Positions 25,195 to 37,844 of a stretch of DNA of 64,000 bases are shown here, in pieces (within the stretch, counting starts at the first letter, position 1; each line of letters opens with the position of its first letter). Position numbers and translations under genes: made by a program. The notes beneath the pieces were generated by a model. That model had not been told where the DNA came from, ran no database searches, and worked only from the letters and a program-made list of their open reading frames with translations. The stretch lies in assembly GCF_004010195.1 (NCBI RefSeq), contig NC_057720.1, positions 23,908,458-23,972,457 on the forward strand, given 5' to 3'. The stretch is from Chiloscyllium plagiosum (Eukaryota).

Positions 25195-25835
25195 AAGGGG
25201 AAGGTGCAGTGAGACCTGATATCCCTGTATGCCAGTTGTTAAAAGTAAGCACGCAAGTACAGTGGACAGTGAATAAGGCAAATGATATGCTGGCCTTTGC
25301 AACACTACAATTTGAGCACCGGAGCAGGGATCTCTTGTTGCAATTGTACAAGGCTTTGGTGAGACCACTCCCAGAGTACTGTGTGCAATTTTGCTCTCCT
25401 TATCTAAAGAAGGGATGTTCTGGCTATGGAGGGAATGTGGTGAAGGGTTTATCAGACTGTTTCCTGGGATGGCAGGACTGACATATGAAGAGAGACTGGA
25501 TTGCTCAGGTCTGTATTCACTGGAATTTGGAAGAATGAGGGAGACCTCATAGAACTCTATAAAATTCTAACAGGAATATACAGGTTAAACACAGAGTCTA
25601 AGATGAAGAGAAATTTCTTCACCCAGAACATGGTGAGCCTGTGGAATTTGCTACTACGTAAAATAGTTGAGGCCAAAACATTGACTGTTTCCAAGAAGGA
25701 GTTAGATATAGTTCTTAATTCTAAAGGGATCAAAGGATATGGGGAGAACGTGGGAACAGGACTCTGAGCTAGATAATCACTTGAATGATTTGATTAGCAG
25801 TGGGCTATCCTGCTCCTATTTTCTGTATTTCTATT
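25195..25835 (+). mobile_element. CR1 LINE 3' fragment
   Basis: LLLQLYKALVRPLPEYCVQF and RNFFTQNMVSLWNLL. Confidence 0.88.
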
Positions 25836-27127
25836 AGAACCAAATTTTCCATCCTTACCTGGTTTGGATTTTGTTACAACAGGCTAATAGCAATGTGGCT
25901 GATGCTTAACTGCCCTCTGCAATGGCCTAGCAAGCCACTCAGTTCAAGGGAAATTGGTAATATGCAATAAATTATGGCCTTGCAAATGACAACCACATCC
26001 CATGACAGAATATTAAAATGTCATTTATATGCCAAATTGTGTAAAGATTTATTTGAAGGTCTTCCCTCCTTCCTAAAGGAGGTAGAATTCACATCTTCAA
26101 AGTGGGCCACATATTATTTTACCATTGACTAGTTATCAGGAGAGATTGTGAGGAGACATTCTGAAATATACAACATGTATCGACTTTATATTCACTGAAT
26201 GTCTTTTTAACAGAGATGCTAAAGTCAGATTTGGAGGAATTCCCAATTACAGTTTTGTTGAGATCCATAGTATTCGGTTTGCCGTGGCTCACAGCAACAT
26301 TTTTCATACAATTTTCCACTCTTAACTGCATTAATCACACAATTGGCATCATGGGTACATTTCTTGGACCATTACTTTCAGATGCAGAAGCATCAACGTT
26401 ATGACACCTTCCAGGTGATACACCTTGGGTGCCACATTTAAAACCAACTACATATCCTGCAAGCCAAGAACTAGCCCTCACACTGTTCTGCTCAACTGTT
26501 ATTACCAAACAAATGTCCAGAGGAAAGAAAAGCTCAATCAGACTTCACTAATAAGAACCTGAAGGCATTAGTATACAGGGTGAAGTAGAGGAGGGCAGTC
26601 CTTTTTCCGGGTGACACTACACAGACAGGCACAAATTTCAGCCCAGGTCAGTGGTGTGTCAGGGTGAAAAGGAATGGACAATAGTGCAGAAAATAGGTCA
26701 AAGGTATTGAAGTGCCACCACCTTCTCTATGCTATCTCATATTGACAGGTAGTACTAACTCTAATTCTGCCAATGCACATGTATCTCAACAAGGTTCATG
26801 GACTGCAACTCTTGGCATTGAATGCATCATGTTCATTCAATGGTCGTCACCCACTTCATCTTTCCAAGTTCTTCCTTCCTGCCTTTTGTACTTCCTACTC
26901 ACTCACTGGAGATAACTTATCATCTTTCATGCTCATGCATCACCACAAACTGCTCTTGTATCCAATTCTATCATTCTCAATCCTCCTTTGTCTCATTGCA
27001 GAACAAAGTGAACCATTCCACAAACTGGTATCTCAGCAGAACCCAACTGACCTATATGTAATGCAGATGATGGAAATGTGTTGCTGGAAAAGCGCAGCAG
27101 GTCAGGCAGCATCTAGGGAACAGGAGA

Positions 27128-27161
27128 ATCGACGTTTCGGGCATTAGCCCTTCTTCAGGAA
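27128..27161 (-). ncRNA. Minimal hammerhead ribozyme motif (family A)
   Basis: Reverse complement ttc CTGAAGA a gggc taat gccc GAAA cgtc gat. Confidence 0.75.
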
Positions 27162-27200
27162 TGAGGAAAGTTGGTCCAGCAGGCTAAGATAAAAGATAGG

Positions 27201-28066
27201 NNNNNNNNNNNNNNNNNNNNNNNNNNNNNNNNNNNNNNNNNNNNNNNNNNNNNNNNNNNNNNNNNNNNNNNNNNNNNNNNNNNNNNNNNNNNNNNNNNNN
27301 NNNNNNNNNNNNNNNNNNNNNNNNNNNNNNNNNNNNNNNNNNNNNNNNNNNNNNNNNNNNNNNNNNNNNNNNNNNNNNNNNNNNNNNNNNNNNNNNNNNN
27401 NNNNNNNNNNNNNNNNNNNNNNNNNNNNNNNNNNNNNNNNNNNNNNNNNNNNNNNNNNNNNNNNNNNNNNNNNNNNNNNNNNNNNNNNNNNNNNNNNNNN
27501 NNNNNNNNNNNNNNNNNNNNNNNNNNNNNNNNNNNNNNNNNNNNNNNNNNNNNNNNNNNNNNNNNNNNNNNNNNNNNNNNNNNNNNNNNNNNNNNNNNNN
27601 NNNNNNNNNNNNNNNNNNNNNNNNNNNNNNNNNNNNNNNNNNNNNNNNNNNNNNNNNNNNNNNNNNNNNNNNNNNNNNNNNNNNNNNNNNNNNNNNNNNN
27701 NNNNNNNNNNNNNNNNNNNNNNNNNNNNNNNNNNNNNNNNNNNNNNNNNNNNNNNNNNNNNNNNNNNNNNNNNNNNNNNNNNNNNNNNNNNNNNNNNNNN
27801 NNNNNNNNNNNNNNNNNNNNNNNNNNNNNNNNNNNNNNNNNNNNNNNNNNNNNNNNNNNNNNNNNNNNNNNNNNNNNNNNNNNNNNNNNNNNNNNNNNNN
27901 NNNNNNNNNNNNNNNNNNNNNNNNNNNNNNNNNNNNNNNNNNNNNNNNNNNNNNNNNNNNNNNNNNNNNNNNNNNNNNNNNNNNNNNNNNNNNNNNNNNN
28001 NNNNNNNNNNNNNNNNNNNNNNNNNNNNNNNNNNNNNNNNNNNNNNNNNNNNNNNNNNNNNNNNNN
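27201..28066. other. Assembly gap (866 N)
   Basis: Run of n; the X-filled ORFs across it are artefacts. Confidence 1.
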
Positions 28067-28127
28067 GAAAAGCGCAGCAGGTCAGGCAGCATCGAGGGAA
28101 CGGGAGAATCGACGTTTCGGGCATTAG

Positions 28128-28270
28128 CCCTTCTTCAGGAATGAGGAAAGTGGGGCCCTTCTTCAGGAATGAGGAAAGTGGGGCCCTTCTTCAGGAATGA
28201 GGAAAGTGGGGCCCTTCTTCAGGAATGAGGAAAGTGGGGCCCTTCTTCAGGAATGAGGAAAGTGGGGCCC
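28128..28270. repeat. ~5 tandem copies of a 28-bp pLTR-derived unit
   Basis: Unit cccttcttcaggaatgaggaaagtgggg. Confidence 0.9.
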
Positions 28271-28308
28271 CTATCTTTTATCTTAGCCTGCTGGACCAAC
28301 TTTCCTCA

Positions 28309-28342
28309 TTCCTGAAGAAGGGCTAATGCCCGAAACGTCGAT
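28309..28342 (+). ncRNA. Minimal hammerhead ribozyme motif (family A)
   Basis: ttc CTGAAGA (28312-28318) a gggc taat gccc GAAA (28332-28335) cgtc gat. Confidence 0.75.
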
Positions 28343-28611
28343 TCTCCTGTTCCCTAGATGCTGCCTGACCTGCTGCGCTTTTCCAGCAACACATTTCCAT
28401 CTCTGATCTCCAGCATCTGCAGACCTCACTTTCTCCTATATGTAATGCATCCATGACCTATGCTTGATCTACAGGACCATTTATAGCCCAATCTCAGACT
28501 GCAAGAATCTGGATCCCTGGACTCCAGTCGAGCCAGATTTTGTGGCCAAAGACTGTAGTGTCAAGGTAAAAGTCTTTTGACTGACTGTGGTAGTACCCCT
28601 GAATTACCATT

Positions 28612-28890
28612 TCAAAGGGCAGTTGAGAGTCAACTATATTGCTGTGGTTCTGGAGTCACATGTAGGCCACACCAAGTGAGGATGGCAGATTGCCTTCCCT
28701 GAAGGGCATTAGTAAACCAGATGGATTTTCCTGACAATGGACAGTGGGTTCATAGTCATCAGTAGATTCTTAATACCAGATTATTATTAAATTCAAAGTC
28801 CACTATCTGCCATGGTGGTGTTCAAACCCAGCTTCCCAGAACATTAGCTGAGTTTCTGGATTTATAGTCTCGTGATAATACCACTAGGCC
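28612..28890 (-). mobile_element. tRNA-derived SINE family 2
   Basis: ccttccctgaagggcattagtaaaccagatgg and head taataccactaggcca. Confidence 0.82.
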
Positions 28891-30214
28891 ACCTCATTGC
28901 CTGTGCATGAATGAATGTAAAAAAGGTATAAACCATTGGACTTGTCAAGTTCATTAGAATTGCTGAAAGGAGCTAGAAAAGGGAGCTGTAAAACTGTCAA
29001 GGCAGTTGAAACTCCTGGCTTTCAAACATTTAGGGAAAAAAAAAAGATTTAAAGTATCAGTGTTTGCACAGATGAACAGCCACTGGCCCAAACATTAACT
29101 CTGCTTTCTCTCTGCAGATGTTGTCAGACCTGCTGAGTTTTTAAAGCAATTTCTGGTTTTGTTTCTGATTTCCAGCATCCACTCTTTTTTGTCAAATGAA
29201 CTACCTTTCCTTGCTGTGATAGTTGAGAAATGCTATAGCTGCAGGGCAGAGGATGACACAGCATGATGGTATACAGCAACATTTCCGTTCTTCAACTGAT
29301 TCATAGGTTGACTGTTCTGTGCTCCCCAAAAACACAAGTCACCTACCTTTCCTCTCTTCTAAAAACAATGTGAGCCTTGCATTGGCTGAAAGCCTGTGAA
29401 CTGAGCACTAGGGCCCTGTGCACTATGACCTACACCAGAGGCTGGCTCCCAAACATCAGTGCTAAAGTCAGTGAGTGTGCACTAAGAGAGCAATGTGAAG
29501 CATACGGAGGTTGGCAGCTTCCAATCAACCAGTGAATTCAGTGAATGCTAAAAAAAACAAGCAAAGAGCTATAACATGCATCCTGTGCAGATGCCTAAGA
29601 TGCGAGAATTTCCTTGTGGACAAAATAACCTGGCAGAAACATGCATGTCATGGATGTCCCTGAGCTCCAAAGTAGGGACACATTTGCATGATGGCCAGGA
29701 CAGAAATTTAATGAATTGTAACCAGAATTTGCGATATTTAATGTCTCAGTGAAGGAGAGAAGAATAAAAATTAGTCTATAAACAAATAGAGTGAGACATA
29801 ATTGCATGGAAATAAATAGCCACTGCTACATTGTGAGATTCTAAATTGACTACTTCCAACTGAAGTGGAAAATTGGGAAACTTTCTTTCAACGTCAAGGT
29901 TTATTCACTTTCACCTTATTTTTTCCATTTTTCTTGCCATTGCTTATGTCACACCAGGGAGAAGAAAATTCCATCCCTAATAATTGCTTTGATGGTCATG
30001 TTCTGGCTATCAATCCTTCCTGTGTCTGAAGACAAGTAACTGACAGTTTTTTCAAATTCGCTATAAAAGTGGATGAAGGGAGGCCTTACCGTAAAATTAT
30101 GCATCATTCGATACTTTAGACAGAGGTAAAATATTCACCAGTGGGGGAATCTAAAACTAGGAACCATAAGTATAAGGTAAATAGTCATTTGGCAGTACAG
30201 AACTGATGTATTCC

Positions 30215-30650
30215 TGAAAAAAGATGCATTTAGCTTAAACTTTTCATCCTGCACTTACTAGGGCCATTTGCGAGAAATATTTTTCTAAAGAGGAACAACT
30301 TTCTCCTACTATCTGAGAATACTACATTGATTGACTATATTGATTGGCAAGTAGACATTGACGTATAGAGGTTTAGCACAAGGAATGTTCAATTGACAGT
30401 TAACCGTCAAGCTTTGTTTAAACTTAAACCAGACAGGTGAGCCCAATTGGCATTACCCAGTAGAATAAATCAAGGAATGCAATTTTGTTCAGTTGAAACA
30501 GGTGTATGTATCCTATAAAGAGCAGGGCCCTTTGTTGTAATATAAAAATGTGTATTAAGATCAGGAGTGACACACTGCAAGCCTGCCTGATTATCTTAAA
30601 TTGGTTGCCAGGGTAATTACCAGCAGAACCAGGATTAGTTAACAACATTG
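30215..30650 (-). mobile_element. Probable old PLE-derived repeat of another family
   Basis: Reverse complement ccctagtaagtgcaggatgaaaagttt resembles a decayed CTGATGA...GAAA motif; adjacent tgattggcaagt...tgacagttaac...ctttgttt resembles a shark repeat by recall only. Confidence 0.35.
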
Positions 30651-30760
30651 TTCAATTGGCATTATATGTAATGCTGGACAGTGGTGTAAGAATTTAGAGA
30701 AAGTGAGGACTGTGTAAGAATTTTGCAGGCATGGAGTAGTTGAGTATGAACAGTACCTGC

Positions 30761-30853
30761 GCTGAAAATGTGTTGCTGGAAAAGCGCAGCAGGTCAGGCA
30801 GCATCCAGGGAACAGGAGAATCGACGTTTCGGGCATAAGCCCTTCTTCAGGAA
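30761..30853 (-). mobile_element. PLE family A pLTR fragment with intact hammerhead motif (30819-30853)
   Basis: Reverse complement ttc CTGAAGA a gggc ttat gccc GAAA cgtc gatt. Confidence 0.85.
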
Positions 30854-31221
30854 AACAATCCAAAAGATATGCTGTTTGATACAATCCACCAGTCTTTGCG
30901 ATGTACAAGAAACAGACCTGGCATCATGCTGATAATGAAATTCAAGTACCATATCATTCAGTTGTGTGAGGGACAGAGTGTTTTGGGCTTGATTGCAGCA
31001 TTTTCTAGTGGTGAACACCACTAACGTTGCTACTACATACTAGCAGCATCAAACAGCTAGCTACACCTTTTACTCAAATGTTTTGATACCTTACTCTTCA
31101 TGGGTAATCTAAGACAAACCTGGCCATTTTCCAGGACTGCAAGTGATGGCTTTAGGCCCTTTCATGCATAAGCGAGTAATGAACTGATCAGGGTGGCCAC
31201 TCATTTGCAGAATGGTTTACA

Positions 31222-31560
31222 ATCACAGACTCCCTACGGTGTGGCAGCAGGCCATTCAGCCCACTGAGTCCACATCAAGTCTTCAAAGAGCATCCCCCTA
31301 CCCTATCCCTGTAACTCTGCACTTACCATTTTTAATCCATCCAGCCAGAACATACCTGGACCCTTTGGGAAATGTAGCATAGCCAATCCATTTAACCTGC
31401 ACATGTTTGGACGGTTGGTCAAAATCAGAACACCCAGAGGAAACCCACGCAAACACGGGGAGAATATGCAAACTCCACACAATCGCCCAAGACCAGAATC
31501 AAACACAGGTACCTGGCACTGTGAGACAGAAGTGCTAACCACTGAGTCACTGTGCCGCCC
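31222..31560 (-). mobile_element. HE1-like V-SINE
   Basis: gaggaaacccacgcaaacacggggagaatatgcaaactccacac and gtgctaaccactgag...tgccgccc. Confidence 0.9.
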
Positions 31561-32062
31561 CCAAAGCACCATATCAAGCTTGCATAATGACCTCAGGCCC
31601 TATTTCCAGCTTGCAATTAAAGCCAATCATATAGCATGTGAATCTCAATGCATATATTGACCCCTAATGCTCACATTAAGCATGTATTGGATGGTAGTTT
31701 GTAATAGAGAGCCCCCAGCAGATTTCTCAACCAGCACATCAAGGAAAGATAGCTCATTTGACAAAAAAACAGCAGATGCTGGAAATCAGAAACAAAACCA
31801 GAAATTACTTTAAAACTCAGCAGGTCTGGCAGCATCTGTGGAGATAAAGCAAAGTGAACATTTCGGGACCACTAACTGTTCATCTGTTCAAGCACTGATA
31901 CTTTTTAATCTTTTTTTTCAAATGTTTAAAAGCCAGGAGTTTCACATGCCTTGACAGCTTTACAGCTCCCTTTTCTAACTCCTTTCAGCAGTTCTAATGA
32001 ACTTGACAAGTCCAGTGGTTTATACCCATTTTACATTCATTCATGCACAGGTGATGAGAATG

Positions 32063-32430
32063 AGGAGGTGATGGCCTAGTGGTATATTGCTAGAGTATAA
32101 ATCCAGAAACTCAGCTAATGTTCTGGGGACTCAGGTATGAATCCTGGCATGGCAGATGGTGCAATTTGAATTCAATGATAATCTGGATTTAGGAATATAC
32201 AATGACCATGAAATCATTGTCAATTGTCAGAAAAGAAACATCTGGTTCACTAATATCTTTCAGGGAAGGAAATCTGTCATCCTCACCTGGTCTGGCCTAC
32301 ATGGACTCCAGACCCATAACAATGTGGTTGACTCTCAACTGCCCTCCATAATGGCCTAGCAAGCCATACAATTCAAAAGCAACTAAATGTTGGCCAGTCA
32401 ACAATGCCCACATCCTTTGAGTGAATTTTT
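32063..32430 (+). mobile_element. tRNA-derived SINE family 2
   Basis: Head gatggcctagtggt, core catctggttcactaatatctttcagggaaggaaa, then ggtctggcctacatg-gactccagaccc. Confidence 0.85.
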
Positions 32431-35400
32431 TAAAAATGCTTTTAACAGTCTCAAAGGACAGTTACCTCTCGTAAAGGCACATTATCTCTCTCAAAGTGCA
32501 TCTGATCTCATGCAATGGGACCACTTTTCAAAGGACACCATACCTCTCTAAGGAACCCCAGGATCTAAAATATATATATTATATTTTGGATGGTCCAGTC
32601 ATGACAAGCTCAACCTGAGCTGCATTACTTTAATGTGTGCAATTCCTTCTATGAATCTTTCCACAACATTGCAAATATGATCCAAGCCCATTTTCTTCAC
32701 TTCCCCACCCAACCAATTCATATCAGTAAAATGGTATGTATAACGTTCAAGAGTAGGAATTCTGCATTCAGAATTATGCCACCAGTTTTGTAATCATGGA
32801 GATGCTCCCCATCTTTACAAATATAACCTTTGCCAGACCTTATATCATCTTGCATTTTCATTTTGACAGGCACTTATCACTTACCATTGAGTTCCTGCAC
32901 ATTCAACAAACATTACAGGGAAGTCACTAAAATCAGGTGATTAAATTTATGGTTATTTATGCAGCCATGTACTTCTGAGCTCATGCAAAAATTTACATGG
33001 CCATCTTTAGTGTCAGAATCCTTGCCAATGGACCTTGTAATGCAGCATTTAACATTGAATAAGAGAATAGAATGGCATTTAGAAATAGCACACACTTGTT
33101 TACAGATACGTGGTGATATGCTTCAGTTTAGATGTGATCAATCTTATATTCAAGAGTGCCAGTAGAAAGCTTAAAACAGTTGGGAACTCCCAAACTTAGT
33201 TCTAATGCACCTGTTGCTTACACAGACCATTTCGTAGATTGGGAGAATTTTATTTGATTTGGATTGATAGCTGCCAAAATGCCATATTGCTGTGCGGTTT
33301 TAAACTGTAGCTTTCATTATTCTGTTAAATGGTTTCCTGTGCCAGGCTGTGACCTGACGAATTTGTGATATGATGATGTATTAACAACATTTACCAGCTG
33401 TGAGAGTCCAAATCAGAGGAGTTCCCAGACTGCGCACTGCAACTGGTGGGAAAGCTGCATTTCTGTACTGCCTTTGAGGTAAGATCAATTCTCATTGTTT
33501 TAATATAAACAAAAAGTCAGTGTAACATTTAAATTCTGCTGTTCTTTTGTATTGTTTCTTGAACTTGTCAAACCTATATGTTTTTTCTTGTGGAATTAAT
33601 CAACCTAATTTCAGTAATGTTTCTTCAAATCAATCTGCATAAATGTTACCTTGTTAAAGCAGTTCTTATAAAAGCTTTGTTTAAATATAGATTACAATCA
33701 TGACTGAGATATTGTGCATTGTTAATATAATCAGTAGACATTAAAAAGAAAATTGTCTTGGTTTTTGAGATCACTGATAGTGCAGGCACTCATATCTCTT
33801 TACAGAACTGCTCTTGAAGATAAATAAGTGTTAAATGTTACTTTAACAGCTTGAATCTTTCCACAACATTGCTTTGACCTTCAGTTTTTTAATAAACGTG
33901 AACAACTTATAATGAGCCTGCATGTGTGCAGTACCTGATTTTAGCACAAATATATCTGCTGTGAAAATTTAAGTGAGTTTTTCTTGTTCCAGATGTTACC
34001 CATTACTTCTTCATGGCAGATTTGTTATTTTACAAGCTAAAAATCTTCAAAAGATTTGAAAAAAAAACCCTTTAAATCAGCTATGTCATTATGTTCCCAC
34101 AGAACTGAAAAGACTTCTGCACACAAAAAATGTTCCAATGTAAATTGTCTATTTTACAATATCTGACTCAAAGTATTTCAGAAAGTTCTTTCCTGAAAGT
34201 GTTGTTGCAACCCAAAAAAATCTATTGAATCCCTTACATTCCTCATCCACATTCAAAAGTAGCCATTGCTAAAAATACAAATAGAAAATATTGGGAATAT
34301 AAAATAGGTCTGTGAACATTCAGAAACAAGAGAAGGAAAGTTAAATTTTAAGGTGCTGGACATTTGCAGTGTATGATACTGGCAGTAATGCTGAGATTGT
34401 GTCTACTGGTGTCATCTAGCACTGATATCACTGTAATTGCTAAGATCAGTAGAAGGGTGCTTACTTCACATTAGGTAAGCAGGAACCTGTACCTATACTA
34501 GCAACTACCTACCTTGCAGCCAGAAAGCATGGCACCTACTTTATAGTTCTTCTTGCCAGCCCTCTGAGCAAGAAGACTAATCAAATATTTTGTTTTTAAA
34601 AGTGCAATCTCCGAGTTTGGGGAATTGTCATCGACTTCCCTGATCTGGAACATCTATTCTACATTAAGAGTGGAGCACATTTGTATCCATCTGGAGGAGA
34701 GTATATCCTTTCTCTCTAAACATATCAACCTTCAATAATACATCAGATTCAGACAGAATGTAAGAAGGACTAATCACAGGGTTACAGAATCTCCACTGCT
34801 AACTAGCCACAGAGCCACCCTCTGATGTCATTGGCCTTTTAAGGGGCAAGAAAAGATTTTATCCATTACAAGAATGATTATACATTTACAGCTCAGGGAG
34901 TAATGGAACAACAGTCAAAGTTATAGCAAATATGTGGCAGAAAACCTGTGAAAAGATTAGGCTTCATTTAAGAAATTTAAACTGTTGTCTACCTATTCGA
35001 CTGATGTCACCATACTTTTTATGCATGATTATAGAGACATTGAATTTCCAAACTGTTTGTCATTTCACTGATTGGTTTTATTGTTGTTAATGCTTTCTCA
35101 TTTTTATCTGTAACAGCTCTGTGAAAGGTCTTGGGATAATTTATTGCATAATGATGTTATATAAAAATAAGATGGTATTATTAAATTGGTTACTGATATG
35201 TCTTAACAGGTAGACAAGCTGTGTTTTTGGCTATATCACTAACAGAACTTTGCAATTAGGTAATAAAGTTTGGTATTGGAGGAGTTAATGCATGGAATAA
35301 TCTTCACAAAGAGTCTTTTATACGTTATTTCTGATGACATGGGTGTATACGTCCGACATTTCCTTTTGGAAACTGAATAGAAGTCCGCTCCTACAAAGGA

Positions 35401-35919
35401 GAACCATTCTGTTTTAAAAGTTAGACGAATTTGGAAAGAATTACATGCATCCATAAGCAGAGGAAACCATGAGTCAGAAAGTGGCAGTGAGCGTGAAACT
35501 AAACTAAAACAGGAATAAAGTAAGGATTGATGATTTCATCGATCCAGAGATCAATTCAAGTAACTAGACCAGAGGTGTGAATATTACACTCTAGTGAAAT
35601 ACATTCGGTGCTGTAACACAAATGACTGCACTGACAGAATTATGTGGCATGTCAAACATTTGACTCAAACCTGCAACCTTTGAACAGTGACAGAGTGTCA
35701 GTTCTAACCATTCAATTATACATTCTGAACCATTGAAATCATTGCTGCTAAATCTAAGGAAGATTGTGCTTAAACTAAAGTCTATTCATGGCAAGTTATT
35801 TTTAAACAAAAGTATTTAAAACAAACTGAGAAAAACACAGTTCAAACAATTCAACAGATCTTTCTATGTCATTTTAATTACCTGAAGGGCTAAGAAGGCT
35901 TGGTAGACAGTTAGCTGGA

Positions 35920-36320
35920 ATAGGCAGTTATCTTATGAGGAAAGTTTGTCACTTAATTGGAAAATGTAAGATCCTGAAATATCTTGACTGGGTGGATGTG
36001 GAGAAGATGTTTCCTTTTGTGAGGGAATCTTGAATTAGGGGTCATTAAATAAGGGATTGTCCCATTTAAGACAGAGATTATCAGAATATTTTTCCCTCAG
36101 AAGGCTGAGAGTCTTTGAAGTTACCTTTCTCAAAAACTGGGAGAAACAGACTCTGAATATTTTTAATGCAGAAGTTGTTAGATTCTTGGTAAGCAAAGGG
36201 GCGAAAGGTTATGGGGGAGTCAACAGGAATTTGAATTTGAGGTTTCAAGTAAACTAGCCACAATTCTATTGAATGGAGGCGTGGCCTACTCCTGCTCCTA
36301 ATCCATATGTTCTTACAAAT
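35920..36320 (+). mobile_element. Old CR1 3' fragment
   Basis: ggatgtggagaagatgtttcc...gaatatttttaatgcaga...tggcctactcctgctcctaat. Confidence 0.75.
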
Positions 36321-37367
36321 CAATACAAACACAAAAATACAGCTACCATTTTTCTCCTTTTTGGGGGCATGTTCTACCTATATAGACTGTATGTGGGTGT
36401 ATATAATTCATTCTTTGTCATAATATGTCTCGTATGAATTTTTAAGATGATTGCAATTGAAATCAGCATTCAAAGCATTTAAGATATCATCGTATGATAG
36501 AATAGTCAACACTGATTGTGTACACTTGCAACTATTTTGAACAAGAGTTCTGTCTTCTTTGCCAAGGTTAAACATTGTGCTTTGTGTGACAATTTTGGAT
36601 TATTCTTTAGGACACAGAGACGATGACACCACATATTGCAGAAGATCCAACAAGATAAATTTGGCATAACATAAGGATATCAGTTTTTAATTATCTCTTT
36701 ATAGAAATATATCACAGCCAAATCACATGATGACAGAAAAGACCTGCTTCTATTAATAATCACTGCTAGAATAGCAGCTCGTAAACATCCAGGTAAACAC
36801 AAACTGTCAAAAGTTACATTGAATTGAGTTAAAATTAAAGATTTGACTCTGGCTTAATATTTACTATTATTCTGATGTACCTTAAAATCCACTAACTCAT
36901 GTTCCCTGCTTGTTATGTAGACCTACTGCTAATACAGTGAGCAGAAAGTCTTCATTCCAGTTTGGAATTATGAAAAATATCCATCCTAGATCATAAGAGA
37001 TGGAACAACAGACAGTTGTAAAGTCAACTCTTTACAATATGTATTGGCCTGACCACAGAAAGTACTTTGTTCCTTTCCAGTATTAATGCCAAATGCAGAA
37101 AAAAAACCAACACAACAATCCTTGTTTTTGCAAATCAGGAAAAATTGCCTAGGAGCATAGGAATGTACTGGGCTGGAAAAACTCAGCATATTCCATCAGG
37201 TCTCATAAAAAAACACATCATAATCTGTCTCTAAACCTCTAAATCGCTTGTCAGAAAATCTAGTAGGATATCTTGTTATTTTTTCCAACATCATATTTTT
37301 TTCCAGGTGGTCCTTTCCATACATTCATTTCTCTCCTCATGAAATAGTTTAATCAAAGCCACATTTG

Positions 37368-37665
37368 GGGAGGCAATGGCCTAGTGGTATTATCACTGGA
37401 ATGGAGATCTGGGTTCAAATCCCACCAAGGCATTTGGTAGAATTTGAATTCAATTAATACCTGGAATTAAGAGTCTTATGATTGCCATGAATCAATTGTC
37501 AGAAAAACCCATCTGGTTCACTAATGTTCTTGAGAGAAGGAAACTCATCCTTACCTGGTCTAGCTTGCATTGTGACTCCAGACCCACAGCAAAGTGGTTG
37601 ACTCTTGACTGCCCTCTGGGCAATAAATGCTGCACACTCAGTGATGCCTTCATCTTGTGAATGAC
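37368..37665 (+). mobile_element. tRNA-derived SINE family 2
   Basis: ggaggcaatggcctagtggt...gggttcaaatccc...cccatctggttcactaatg. Confidence 0.88.
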
Positions 37666-37844
37666 TACAAAAATATATTTCTACCTGTCTTATTCTGGGT
37701 TTGATTCTGATCAGACAAAATTTAGTCTAAAATGAACATACCTGAAGAAACAATCATATTTCAGTCTATCAAATTCGGTAAACTGAAAGATTACTTCCAG
37801 AGTACATGATACTGGTTAAGATCAGAAGACAACTTATTGAAAAG

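Larger units (their letters stand above)
27066..28434. mobile_element. Young PLE (family A) with inverted pLTRs spanning the assembly gap, 15-bp TSD
   Basis: TSD cctatatgtaatgca at 27051-27065 and 28435-28449. ~27069-27200 is the reverse complement of ~28270-28401; the right arm has ~35 extra terminal nt. Confidence 0.88.

Noticed and set aside
27144..28127. Three 300+ aa ORFs
   Set aside because: They are composed of X across the N gap; artefacts.
28128..28270. CRISPR-like 28-bp repeats
   Set aside because: No spacers; head-to-tail copies of pLTR sequence in vertebrate DNA.
33279..33368. 29-aa ORF MPYCCAVLNCSFHYSVKWFP... resembling a THAP domain start
   Set aside because: It terminates before the W, C and H residues a THAP domain needs, and the spacing is too short; likely chance.
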